A DNA stretch of 64,000 bases from Octopus sinensis (taxonomy: Eukaryota). Every line of letters begins with the position of its first letter. Position 1 is the stretch's first letter. Made by a program: the position numbers and the translations under genes. The notes below the pieces were generated by a model. The model was given only the letters and a program-made list of their open reading frames with translations, searched no databases and was not told the origin of the DNA. Of this stretch, positions 27,696-40,780 are shown one piece after another. Location: the NCBI RefSeq assembly GCF_006345805.1, contig NC_043007.1, forward strand, positions 38,998,001 to 39,062,000, given 5' to 3'.

Positions 27696-27989
27696 ATATA
27701 TATGACAGACATGTTAGTGCTTCAAAAATCTATCCTCTTTGGAACAGCTCATATTCATAGAAAAGCACTTTCTATTGATATTTTTTGTTAAGACTTAGCA
27801 GCATATCATCTAGTGTGCTATATATACCAAACCTACTCACAAGGCTTTGGTCAACCCAAAGCTATAGTAGATGACACTTGCCCAAGGTGACATGCAGTGG
27901 GACTGAACCCAGATCCATGTAGTTGGTTGGCAAGCTTCTTATCACATAGCAATGCCTGCCCTATATATATATATATGTATATATATATA

Positions 27990-28239
27990 TACAAATTAAA
28001 AGGCATGACCACCAAAGTGGATTCCTAATATGCTAAAGATAGATGTCAAATCGCCTTATCACGAAGAGTGTGTTCTCAAGAAAAATTTCAGCAAATACCA
28101 GAATGTAAAAATGAGCTAGACAAATTTTTGGTATTTGGTGAAATTTTTCTTGAGAACATACTGTTTGTGATAAGGTGATTTGACGTCTATCTTTAGCATA
28201 TTAGGAATCCACTTTGGTGGTTATTCCTCTCAATTTGTA
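27990..28239. repeat. Foldback palindrome (~110 bp arms) adjoining (TA)n
   Basis: Left arm is the near reverse complement of the right arm. A single related arm lies at ~26480-26600. Confidence 0.85.
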
Positions 28240-30645
28240 TGTAATATAATTTTTCAATCTTTAGATTTTTTAAATATGCTAAGCCACTGGTTTTAATTGA
28301 TTAATATCAATTTTTGCCATCATTATTTCATTTATATATATATATATATATATATATAAGATCTCGTATCAATGAAATGCACACCTGGCTCTGTGGTCCA
28401 GAAATTTGCTTCAGAATCACAAGGCTTAGGATTTATTGTCATTTTATAGATTCAGTCAGCTGCTATCTTTTGTTACAACCACAGGCGGGCCAATAAAAGA
28501 CATTATAAGAAGCCTGCCATTCATCTATCTATTTGCATGCATGAGTGTGTGTTTGTCTTCTTGTTGTTTTGATGTTTGTGCACTGAGTGTAAACAAAGTC
28601 ACTTTTCATACAAATGGTGTCATTTGTTTACAATCTTCCATGAAAACCTGTCTGACCATTAAACTGTTCATTGATTGAAAAACTAGAGGAAATATTAACT
28701 TGCTCAGAAACAGGCGAAGGTTGGCAGCAGGAAGAGCATCAAGCTGTATGAAAATTGTACCAGTTGTTATTAGATCATCAGTTTCAATTCCAAATAAAAA
28801 AAACTATCATATCACCTAGAGTGGTAGAGCATCATGACAGACATATGAGTGCTTAAAAAATCTGTCCTCTTTGGAATAGCTCATATTCATAAGCACTTTC
28901 TATTAATATTTTTTTATTAAGACTTAGCAGTGTTTCATCCTGTGTACTAACAATTGTTCTAGCTTGCCACTTTAAAAAAAATGATAATAGCTTCATGAGG
29001 ACAGCAGTTTTGAGAGGAGGGGGTTTAAGTCAATACTATCCATCCCAGCACTTGGCTCGTACTTTATGTGTTATCAACCCTGAAAGGATGAAAAGTAAAG
29101 TTGATCTTGGTAGGATTTGAAATTAGAATGTAAAGAGCTGCAACCAACACCACAAGGTATTTTTTCTGGCACCAGAATAATTCAGCCAACCTGATGGCTT
29201 CTGATTTAGGTAAAAGAGCAGTGATTTTGAGGGAGGAATTAGGTGATATATCAACCCAAGGACTTTATTTTAAAGACCTTGGAAAAAACTATAATAAAGC
29301 ACAATTGAAAAATATTATAGACTGTATTTCAAAATAGTCTGTTATTATTCAGTGAATGGGGAACTGTAAAAGAAAGATTATATCAATCATAGGTAACTTT
29401 TATTGTCTGCCATCTGTCGTACATATGTCAATATTATTACAATGAAGTTTTGAAAATAGTCCAACTGAATATAAATGTCATGACAGTATTTATGCTTTGT
29501 TAATAGAAATTTAGATAATATCTTTAAACTGCCTCACAGTTATTTCTTCATAAAAACACAAAGCTGTTCTCAGTGAGAACTGAAGTTGCTAGGCTCACTT
29601 CTTGTGAAGGACAGCTTTGCCTGTCATCTTGTCAGGGTCAATAAAATAAAATGCCAGTCAACTACTGAAGTTGGGGATATTGACTAACCATTTCCCACCG
29701 AAATTCTTGACCTTGTGCTTAAATTAGGGGCAGTATCAGGTAGTGTATTAATAGAATAATCGTTAGAGTAGCAGACAAAATGCTTTGCAATATTTATTCT
29801 AGTGCTTTATGTTTTGAGTTCAAATCCTTCTGAAGTCAACACAGCCATACTTGTGCTCATTTTTCCATCTGGCATGGGTTGGATGGAGATGTATTTGACC
29901 CAATACTTTATAACCAGATACCAATCTTTCAAGTAAGGATATCTTTTTCAAGGGCCTTTGAAAGTACAGGTTATAGGTTGTATTCTTTACATGTTTATAG
30001 CTAATGTAATGTAAACAGGGCATCGCTGTTTAGTTCAGTATCTTGTGAAGATGCAGAATATTAATATTCACATACACACACACCTGAGGGGGCTTCCACT
30101 CAGTTTCTATTCTCCAGTTTCTACTCAGAGGGCATTGGCCGACCTGAAGCTATGAAAGAAGACACTTGCTCAAGGTACCACACTGTGATTGAATCCATGT
30201 TTTCTCAGAATATTGGAAATAAATGACATCATTTATTACAATCACACAATGTCAACAGAAACACACACACATGCATGCATACACATACACACATACTTGA
30301 ACACACACATACAAGTGCATACACACACATGTGGACATGGAGACACACACACTCACACATACACACACTCACACACACACACACACACATACACATGCAC
30401 ATACAACAGGGTTGTTTCAGTTCTATATACATCAAATGTAAATAATGTAAATAATGTAGGGTTGTTTCAGTTTCTGCCTCTGAAATCTACCCACAAGGTA
30501 TTGATTGATCTGGATCTACAATAGAAGACATTGGCCAAAGGTGCTATGCAGTGGAATTGAACACAAAACCATGTGGTTATGAAGTAAACTTTTTTAACTG
30601 CATAGGGAATGTTGGAAAGAAATGATGTTAATCCTACTACTGCTA

Positions 30646-30950
30646 TACAGGGTGCCCCAGAATTAACTATCTATTTCAATGAATTGAGCCAATTTTTAAA
30701 AAAAAAACTAACAGAATTTTATGTTTATTACTTAATTATGATACCAAAACAAATAGATTTATAAACCTTAGATCAAAAATTAATTGAAAATTTTCAACAT
30801 ATGCTCCATCTGTATCCCTACAAATTTCAGATCTATCTTTAGCATTCCAGAAACACATTTTGAAGCATTTCAGGAATTATCTCTGGCACTGCTAACTGAA
30901 TGCATTTTTAAGTTCAGCTAAATTATTGCTCCATCCTGGAGATGAAGGCA
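30646..30950. mobile_element. Decayed mariner-like fragment
   Basis: TA CAGGGTGCCCCA terminus and a minus-strand GAYVE-like end. The other terminus is not evident. Confidence 0.4.
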
Positions 30951-31323
30951 GAGAAAAAATGATTGCGGCCAAATTGGAAAAAGTTATCATGGACAGATAA
31001 GCAAGATTCAACAGGAATGAAAATAAAATTATAAAATAATTATAAAAATTATAAAATCATAAACAAACTAAAAAATGTATTCAATTTTAATACATATTAC
31101 TCTTTTACTTGTTTCTGTCATTTGACTGTGACCATGCTGGAGCACCGCCTTTAGTCGAGCAAATTGACCCCAAGACTTATTTTTTTCTAAGCCCAGTACT
31201 TATTCTATCGGTCTCTTTTGCCAAACCGCTAAGTTACGGGGATGTAAACACACCAGTATCGGTTGTCAGGCGATGTTGGGGGGACAAACACACACACAAA
31301 CATATATACACACACACATATAT

Positions 31324-31363
<40 letters not shown>

Positions 31364-31895
31364 TACAATGGGCTTCTTTCAGTTTCTGTCTACCAAATCC
31401 AATCACAAGGCTTTGGTCGGCCTGAGGCTATAGTAGAAGACACTTGCCCAAGGTACCATGCAGTGGGACTGAACTCAGGACCAAGTGGTTGGTAAGCAAG
31501 CTATTTACCACACAGCCACTCCTGTGCCTATTAAACATAATAGACACAAATATAAAAGTAAGTTTTTTAAAAAATTGTCTGATTTCACAGAAATAGATAA
31601 TCTTGAGACATCCTGTATATTGTAGTTTTTCTCAGCCTGCTACTGTATCGGGTACAAGTTTGGTTGCATGAAACATTTAGTTGTGGTTGGGGTGTCTTAT
31701 AAACCTGTTTGCCTTACATATGACACACAGGACACCCGCAAACACTTAGAATAACTTACACGCAAACAGAATAATTTACACACACAAACACTTAAAATAA
31801 CAGAATCTACAGACATCTTATAACAAAGGTGTAATAAGCACTTATATATAATTATACCATAAAACAAATAAAAACAATATAATACACATACATAC

Positions 31896-31932
<37 letters not shown>

Positions 31933-31968
31933 CATATATACACACACACACACATATATATATATATG

Positions 31969-32054
<86 letters not shown>

Positions 32055-32176
32055 ATATGTCTAATTAAGTAGCTATTCAGATGCAAATGAAGCTAAAAAT
32101 AAGAGCTAATAATGTCACAGGTATATATGTGTGTGGGTCTGCATGTGTGTATGTATACGTCTGTGTGAGTGCGTAT

Positions 32177-32215
<39 letters not shown>

Positions 32216-32399
32216 TTTGTCTCTCTGTGTGCATATGTGTCTGTGTGTGTATACATGTCTGTGTGTATATATGTCTGTATGTGTATATATGCATGGGTAT
32301 ATGTACGAGTCTGTGTCTACCCCAATGATAAAAGGACATGAAGCAATGTAAAAAAAAAAGAACAACATCTCTGTACAAAAGGCAAATTGTTTGAATCTT

Positions 32400-32650
32400 A
32401 TAGTGAGAACCAGGTCGTAAGCATTTACAAGTTCCCAAGGACATCCTTTACAAAGCTCATTCCGCTGTCATTGAATCATGAACCTACAATGAACAGTAAA
32501 GGAATGAGGGCAGAGCCTTGCTGAAAACCAACCTACATGCTAAATTGTATGCAAACTAGTTGCCAATCCTAAACTCTGTTCATACTAGTCATATGCATGA
32601 ATGGAACAGTTCTTTGAAGCCATTTCTCTGACCAAGTTTTTCAAGTTTCT
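32400..32650 (-). pseudogene. Decayed RTE-type RT fragment
   Basis: VGFQQGSALIPLLFIV and a YADDLVL-like remnant. Confidence 0.6.
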
Positions 32651-33840
32651 TTTCATTGTTGTTAGAGAATAACAGACCGAATTACAAACAATTTTGTTCA
32701 GGTTAACAAATGCACAAAAGAAATGTTTGTGCTTAGCTTGGAATTTCAGGTGGTTTTCTTAATATGCAGATATGGCTGTGTGAATAAGGGGGTTGGCATT
32801 ACAACCACGTTTTTCAAGTTCAGTTCTATGGTACCCCCACTTTGAGCAAGTTGTCTTCTGTGAATGACTACCCCAAGCTGATTAATGTCTAATGAGTAAA
32901 ATTTGGTAGATGGAAACTTCAAAATCTGTTGTCACAGTTGTGGCTGTGTGGTAAGAAGTTTGTTTCCCAACCAAGTGGTGTCACATTGAACAAGTGTCTT
33001 CTTCTATATCTCAAGCCAGCCAAAGCCTTGTGAATGGATTTGGTCGATGGAAACTGAAAGAACCCCCATTGTGTGTGTATGTGCGTGTGTGTGTTTGTCC
33101 CTCACTGCTTAACAACTGATGCTGCTTTGTTTATATCCTTGTAACTTAGTGGTTCAGCAAAAGAGACTGGCAGAATAAGTACCAGACTTCAAAAAACAAG
33201 TACTGGGGTTGATTTGTTCAAGTAAACCTTCCAAGAAAGTGCCCCAACTTGTCCTTAGTCCAATGACTGAAACAATTAAAAGATAAAAGACAGGGCAACT
33301 ACTGGGATGATTTTTGTCTACTTCTGATATCTCTTTTACTCTTTTTACTTGTTTCAGTCATTTGACTGCGGCCATGCTGGAGCACCACCTTTAATCGAGC
33401 AAATCAACCCCAAGATTTAATCTTTGGAAGCCTAGTACTCATTCTATCAGTCTCTTTTACCAAACCGCTAAGTTACAGGGATGTAAACACACCAGCATCG
33501 GTTGTCAAGTGATGTTGGGAGGACAAACACAGACACACAAACATATACACACACAAACATATATATATATATATATAGCAATTAAGGACAACTACTTAAT
33601 AAGGAAAACTTAACAAGAAATTGTCAGGTAGATAGCGTGAAAACCTCATAAGAGAAAAAATTTCGAAAATAATTATTTCTTATTGAACATATTAATTTAT
33701 ATATAGAGGGCATTATACATACATGCCAGAAGGCATTATACATACATGCCACACGCTAAGAGGGACAATTAGTCATTTCTACCAAAAATATTACTAATCC
33801 CACCGAATGCAATTTTTCAAAGTAAGACATTTAAAAATAT

Positions 33841-33888
33841 AGACCTGTATCACAGTGGTTTCATACTTACGTATTCATCAGCAGGCCT
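33841..33888 (-). ncRNA. Hammerhead copy with a stem III mismatch
   Basis: Same fold but GAAA CCAC U GUGA, giving a C-A mismatch. A fourth copy at 34320-34361(-) lacks most of the 5' strand of stem I. Confidence 0.75.
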
Positions 33889-34515
33889 GAATGTATTATA
33901 AATAAACAACGACCCTGCCCCGCTTAAGCCGATCAGCTAACTGATCAACATCAACGAAGCACATGGGTGAGTTTACATATATTACATCCGGATAAATGGC
34001 AAACTTTTACGAATTGCATTTCGGGAGAGGAAAAGTTTTTTCGGAATAAAAATTTAGCAATTAAGGACAACTACTTAATAAGGAAAACTTAACAAGAAAT
34101 TGTCAGGTAGATAGTGTGAAAACCTCATAAGAGAAAAAATTTCGAAAATAATTATTTCTTATTGAACATATTAATTTATATATAGAGGGCATTATACATA
34201 CATGCCAGAAGGCATTATACATACATGCCACACGCTAAGAGGGACAATTAGTCATTTCTACCAAAAATATTACTAATCCCACCGAATGCAATTTTTCAAA
34301 GTAAGACATTTAAAAATATAGACCTGTATCACAGTGATTTCATACTTACGTATTCATCAGCGAAAAAACTTTTCCTCTCCCGAAATGCAATTCGTAAAAG
34401 TTTGCCATTTATCCGGATGTAATATATGTAAACTCACCCATGTGCTTCGTTGATGTTGATCAGTTAGCTGATCGGCTTAAGCGGGGCAGGGTCGTTGTTT
34501 ATTTATAATACATTC

Positions 34516-34563
34516 AGGCCTGCTGATGAATACGTAAGTATGAAATCACTGTGATACAGGTCT
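34516..34563 (+). ncRNA. Type I hammerhead ribozyme, intact
   Basis: AGGCCUG CUGAUGA AUAC-GUAA-GUAU GAAA UCAC-U-GUGA UA CAGGUCU. 7-bp stem I, predicted cleavage after A34556. Confidence 0.88.
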
Positions 34564-34988
34564 ATATTTTTAAATGTCTTACTTTGAAAATTGCATTCGG
34601 TGGGATTAGTAATATTTTTGGTAGAAATGACTAATTGTCCCTCTTAGCGTGTGGCATGTATGTATAATGCCTTCTGGCATGTATGTATAATGCCCTCTAT
34701 ATATAAATTAATATGTTCAATAAGAAATAATTATTTTCGAAATTTTTCTCTTATGAGGTTTTCACGCTATCTACCTGACAATTTCTTGTTAAGTTTTCCT
34801 TATTAAGTAGTTGTCCTTAATTGCTAATTTTTATTCCGAAAAAACTTTTCCTCTCCCGAAATGCAATTCGTAAAAGTTTGCCATTTATCCGGATGTATAT
34901 ATGTAAACTCACCCATGTGCTTGTTGATGTTGATCAGTTAGCTGATCGGCTTAAGCGGGGCAGGGTCGTTGTTTATTTATAATACATC

Positions 34989-35036
34989 AGGCCTGCTGAT
35001 GAATACGTAAGTATGAAATCACTGTGATACAGGTCT
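34989..35036 (+). ncRNA. Type I hammerhead ribozyme, second intact copy
   Basis: Identical to 34516-34563, predicted cleavage after A35029. Confidence 0.88.
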
Positions 35037-35180
35037 ATATTTTTAAATGTCTTACTTTGAAAATTGCATTCGGTGGGATTAGTAATATTTTTGGTAGAAA
35101 TGACTAATTGTCCCTCTTAGCGTGTGGCATGTATGTATAATGCCTTCTGGCATGTATGTATAATGCCCTCTATATATAAT

Positions 35181-35232
<52 letters not shown>

Positions 35233-37105
35233 TATGACGGGCTTCTTTCAGTTTCCGTCTACCAAATCCACTCACAAGGCTTTGGTCAGCCCAAGGCTAT
35301 AGTGGAAGACTCTTGCCCAAGGTGCCACGCAGTGGGAATGAACCTTGAACCATGTGGCTGGTAAGCAAGCTACTTACCACACAGTCACTCCTGTCCCTAT
35401 TCTGTTTTTAAATAGAACATGTTCATAAGATATGTTAACTCTGGATAAAAACTACAGTAGATCTGCCTTGCACTGATGTGTTTACATTAATTGATATATA
35501 TCATCTTCGTCGTTGTCATTATCATCATCATCATTTAACAACCATTTTCCATGCAGACATGGGTTAGACATTTCGACCGGAACTGCTAAGCCAGAGAGCT
35601 GCACCAGGTTTCAGTCTGATTTGGCATGGCTTCTACAGCTGGATGCCCTTCCTAACACCAACCATTCCAAAAGTTTCAAATTTTTGGCCCAAGCTAAGTA
35701 ATTTCAAAGGAGTGGGTAAGTTGATTATATTGATCCCAGTGCTCAACTGGTATTATTTATTTTATTGAACCCAGAAGGATGACAGGCAAAGTGGACTCAG
35801 CGGGATTTGAACTCAGAATGTAAAGACAGATGAAATGCTACTAAGCATTTTGCCTGGTGCGGTAACAATTTCGCCAGCTTGCTGCCTTTACATTAATTAT
35901 GATATATTGATGATTATTTTTAATTTATTATTACTTCTCTCCCCACCTGAGCTAGTCATGTTTTCCCCTCTAATGCAAGGCTCCGTTTTCTGTCCCTCAA
36001 CATTACTCCCCTACTTAGTTGAGGGGGTCTTGCCTTGGGAGTTATTTGGTGACCTCACTAGGGCTTGTGCCACATAAAAAGCATCCAGGAGGCACTGTAA
36101 AGAAGTTGACATCAAACTATAGAAACCATGCTAAAGCAAGGCTTGGTGTAGTCTTCTGACTTGCCAATTACTGTCAATCCATCCAACCCATGCCAGCATG
36201 GAAAAACAAACGTTAAAGTATGATCACCTGTTGTTTATGATAGATCATCATCATCCAGCCTAGTGGTTATTCACGATACCAGTGAATATTTTCTTACATA
36301 CTGGAGGTGACAAATCTTATTTAAGCAAGTGGCTGGGTGTAAGTACATACCATCGATAAACCTCATCGAAAGTGAAATGCATTTAGCATTCTTATTAACT
36401 GGTGCTGGAATAATTTTATTCTTCTGGTATATATATATATATATATATTGACTGGGCCTGATGAAGCCTTCCAGCTTTACAGACCCCAGTTGAACCGTCC
36501 AACCCATGCTAGCATAGAAAACGGACGCTAATTGATGATGATGATGATTGAGCTTTTAAATACAGCACATCCATAAGGTAGATGAATATTGCAGTAAATT
36601 TGCCTTCCAATGATGACACATAGATCACTGTAACAATATCTGTTAGGCAGCTAGCTGATTATGGGGTGACCAGACATGTTTTTGTGGAATATTGGACATC
36701 AACAGCACTGCTTGTATGACAATGAAACACATAAGTACCAAGTTATGTCAAGACAAGGACACAGGCATGCATGCATCCACACACATATACACACATGCAC
36801 GTACACATGTGTGTAGACAATGGCCTTCTTTCAATTTCCATCTATCAAATCCACTCATGAAGCACTGCTTGGCCCAGGGTAATTAAGACACTTGCCCAAG
36901 GTGCCACACAGTACGATTGAACCTGAAGCAATGTGGTTGGGAAGCAAATTTCTTAACCAAACAGCTATGTGAGCACTTGATATATATATGTTTATATATA
37001 CATACATATATACATATATATAAATATACACACATATATATATATATATATGTGTGTGTGTGTTTGTGTATATATATATATATATACACACACACACATG
37101 CATAC

Positions 37106-37137
<32 letters not shown>

Positions 37138-37967
37138 TTTCGCATGGATATGTTTTCTGTCATTCAAAATTTCCATAGAATTACTGTATAAAGAAAAAGA
37201 TAAAAAGAAAACGTATTATTTTCCTTTGTTGTAAAGGACAAACTACACACCTGTTCACCGACATGTCCAGCAAAACACCCCCACTCCCACCAAGCACCAT
37301 CTCCTCCATCGCCAACCACCACCGACCACCATAACCTTCATCACCAATCACCACCACCGACCACCACCAACACAACAACACCATCTCTACACTATTGCTA
37401 CCAATCACCACTAGCACTACCACTAACCACCAACACTACCACCACCACCACCAACACCACCCTAACCATCACCCCTCTGCTTCTCCTCTCCCTCCCCCCA
37501 TATTGCTACCACCATCACCAACCTTCATCACCAATAACTACCATCTTCAACCACCACCACCACCACCACTGACACAAATCACAGTTACCAATATTACCTG
37601 GTACCGTCACCTAATCTATGCATCGTCAGATATAATCTTTGTCGTCATCGTTGTCGTGGTGGTTGTGGTTATCGTTACATCAAAGAAATGGAATGTAGAT
37701 AACTCAAGGTGGTGGGAGATTTCAACATTTTATTACAGGACTTCTCTTTAAACTGTACATTCTTGACACACACACACATACACACACACACATACACACA
37801 CATACATACACACACACCAAGTACAGCTGTATTACTGTACGACTGTCTCTACACAAATATCTTCTCCCCCAAAACTGGCCATTTACAGGCTGGTAAATAA
37901 CACTTTGGGTTTTTATTTTCCATCTTTATATATTTATTTCTTTTTTTGGTAACTGCATTTATCTACG

Positions 37968-38010
<43 letters not shown>

Positions 38011-38034
38011 CTACCTACTTATGTCTCTATATCC

Positions 38035-38101
<67 letters not shown>

Positions 38102-38602
38102 CATGTATATACCTACTTCACTCTTTATATACTTATCTATCTATCTATCTATTTATCTACCTACCTACCAACCTACCTACCTACCTACTAACCAACCTAT
38201 CTACCTACCTGCCTACTTATCTCTATATATGCTTATCTATCTATCTATCTATATCTATCTATCTATCTATCTATCTATATCTATCTATCTATCTATCTAT
38301 CTATCTGTCTATCTTTCTATCTATCAACTTATCTATATCTGTCTGTCTGTCTTTGTATTTCTTTTTCTTATCTAGCTCTTTCTCTCCCAATCTCCCTTTA
38401 CTTTCAGCCAGTCTCTCCCTCTGTATTTGACAAACTACTTTGTTATGCAAAGGCATTCATCCAGTCATATGTTTGTATACATATGTGCATATAAATTTGC
38501 ATACGCATGTGTGTATATGCATATATATAAATATACATTTATATATTTTTTTTCTGTAGTTTCAGCTCAGAACTGCAGCCATGCTGATGCACCACTGTTA
38601 TA

Positions 38603-39274
38603 TAGAAAGAATAGCTATAACTCTTTGACTGCTATTTCTAAATTCGGTGTGTGGTGAGGCAATTTGTTGCTAAACCCTTAATTGCTTAGTATTACTTAAA
38701 TTTTCCTCGAATGAGGCTTTTACATGCCGAAATCTACTTGGTGTAATTAATAATTATTCCAAATTAATTAATTTCACCCTTTATTGTTACTGATAACCAT
38801 ATTTTATCCCAGTAAATGACCACAGCATCTTGTCTTGGCTACACGCGGGTGGAAAGGGGCTGGTGACACAAACTTTCATTCACACTTTGAATTTCGTGGT
38901 ACTGGTAATGCTTTGGCTCGCTCTGACACTGAGTTGAGATGATGCCTTCTAGTATCTCAAAATTTAATATACAATTATTCATAATTGTAGTATCCTACGC
39001 TGATGAGAAAAGAAGTTTGGGTAAGGTAGAATTATCTAATTCTTATGCTTTCCTAAAACTTGATTTCGAAACGTACGTCCGTAGGTGACTTAAAATTGTA
39101 TGATAGATTGCCGTCATTTCATTCTCTCTTACCTGTCTGTGTTTGCCATTCAAGTGCTGTATTTTTACTGAGATCCCCCTTTTAGTAGAAAGAATAGCTA
39201 TAACTCTTTGACTGCTATTTCTAAATTCGGTGTGTGGTGTGGCAATTCGTTGCTAAACCCTTAATTGCTTAGTA

Positions 39275-39275
<1 letters not shown>
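38603..39275 (+). mobile_element. 583-bp-period element with 90-bp direct repeats and a hammerhead
   Basis: 38603-38692 and 39186-39275 differ by 2 substitutions. The right end runs into (TA)n. Confidence 0.8.
38994..39085 (+). ncRNA. Type I hammerhead with long stem II
   Basis: CCUACG CUGAUGA G..60 nt..C GAAA CGUACG UC CGUAGG. 6-bp stem I, palindromic stem III, GUC cleavage after C39079. Confidence 0.85.
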
Positions 39276-39324
<49 letters not shown>

Positions 39325-39491
39325 TGTAAAAGTAAAAAAATATACAAACTGGGACAAGAACGTGAAACATTTAGAAGACGACACAAAAAACACGGACGGG
39401 ACATTCGAAGCCCTCAATCATCAGTCAAGAACCGGATCATCTTCGCAATTTCGGCTGATTAATCTTGAGATTGCTCCGATCTGGGCAGCCC

Positions 39492-39553
<62 letters not shown>

Positions 39554-40002
39554 TCTATATACATGTGTGTGTGTGTGTGTATAATTGTAAAAGAGGACAA
39601 CAAACATTAAGGCAATGCAAACATCTCAAATCCTATACATTATTGTTGGAAAAAAATTCAAAGTCTTTCAGCTGTTTCTGGGATATCCCAGAGTATGGGA
39701 TATTCTGTTATCGGAGACAAATATGGAAAATGAGAAGGGTATAGATTAATGAAATGATGACATAGAGGACAGGAGTAAAGGAATAAGATGAAGAAAGAGA
39801 AGAAAAAAGAAGCAGAAATGTTCAGGTGCAACCCTGTATAAATCCATGTGGGTTAAAGTCCTGATATTGTAAACATCCAGAAAAAAAAAGACGTGAACAT
39901 ATCAACGTTCAATAGCAGAATGGTAGCGAAGGTGGCTATTACACATACACACACACATACATACATACACTCCCACATATGCAGACATATATATGCATAT
40001 AT

Positions 40003-40306
40003 GTGGAGGCACAATGGCCCAGTGGTTAGGGCAGCAGACTCGCGGTCGGAGGATCGCGGTTTCGATTTCCAGACCGGGCGTTGTGTGTTTTATTGAGCGA
40101 AAACACCTAAAAAGCTCCACGAGGCTCCGGCAGGGGGTGGTGATCCCTGCTGTACTCTTTCACCACTCTTTCACCCACTTTCTTCTGTTGGCCTGCTCAC
40201 TTAGCCAGCAGGGCGGCGTCGTTCGAAGGCTAAAACAATGCAAACGCATTGTGACCAGGGATGTGTAGCAACATCTGATGGTCTGGTCAGTCACGTGATC
40301 ACGTGA
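40003..40306 (+). mobile_element. tRNA-derived SINE family C, near-intact
   Basis: Head GGCACAATGGCCCAGTGGTTAGGGCAGCAGACTCGCGGTCGGAGGATCGCGGTTTCGATTTCC, CpG-rich (young), ends CACGTGA then (TA)n. Related heads at 5848-6215(+), 20140-20430(+), 22990-23280(-). Confidence 0.85.
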
Positions 40307-40308
40307 TA

Positions 40309-40358
<50 letters not shown>

Positions 40359-40735
40359 ACTGAAAGGGCTACTGATAGTGTTGTTCATTAGACAGTGGAC
40401 ATGCTGGGATGCCACCTCGAAGAATTTTTAGTTAAATGAATCAACCCCAGAGTTTAATTTTTTTAAAGCCTGGTGCTTATTTCATCAGTCTCTTTTGCTG
40501 AACTGCTAAGTTAATGGGGGATAAACAAATCAACAGTAGTTGTCAAATGGTGGTGGGGGACAAGCACACACACACACATATGATGAGCTTCTTTCAGTTT
40601 CTGTCAAACAAATCCACTCACAAGGCTTTGGTTGGCCTGAAGCTATGGTAGAAGATACTTGCCTAAGGTGCCACTTGTGGGACTGAACTTGTAACCATGT
40701 GGTTGGTTGAGAACCAAACTTATCAGAGAGCCATG

Positions 40736-40779
<44 letters not shown>

Positions 40780-40780
<1 letters not shown>

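Larger units (their letters stand above)
33578..35180. mobile_element. Head-to-head tandem array of a ~478 bp hammerhead-containing monomer
   Basis: GCAATTAAGGAC recurs at 33578 and 34056. From 34362 the reverse complement follows, with repeat starts at 34362 and 34838. (TA)n on both flanks. Confidence 0.92.
33345..35397 (-). mobile_element. SINE A copy split by the 1.6 kb hammerhead array
   Basis: 3' part 33345-33577 and 5' part ~35230-35397 flank the insertion, which lies in the internal (TA)n. Confidence 0.9.

Noticed and set aside
36455-36480. CTGATGAAG within family D (also reversed at ~41527)
   Set aside because: Part of the repeat body, with no hammerhead stems.
39322-39495. TA-embedded element with GGCTG..CAGCC GAAA and a separate CTGATGA
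   Set aside because: The parts are not in a foldable order and the 5' core appears truncated. Probably a related relic, but not supportable as a ribozyme.
40003-40075. tRNA genes at SINE heads
   Set aside because: A/B boxes continue into SINE bodies with no complete cloverleaf.
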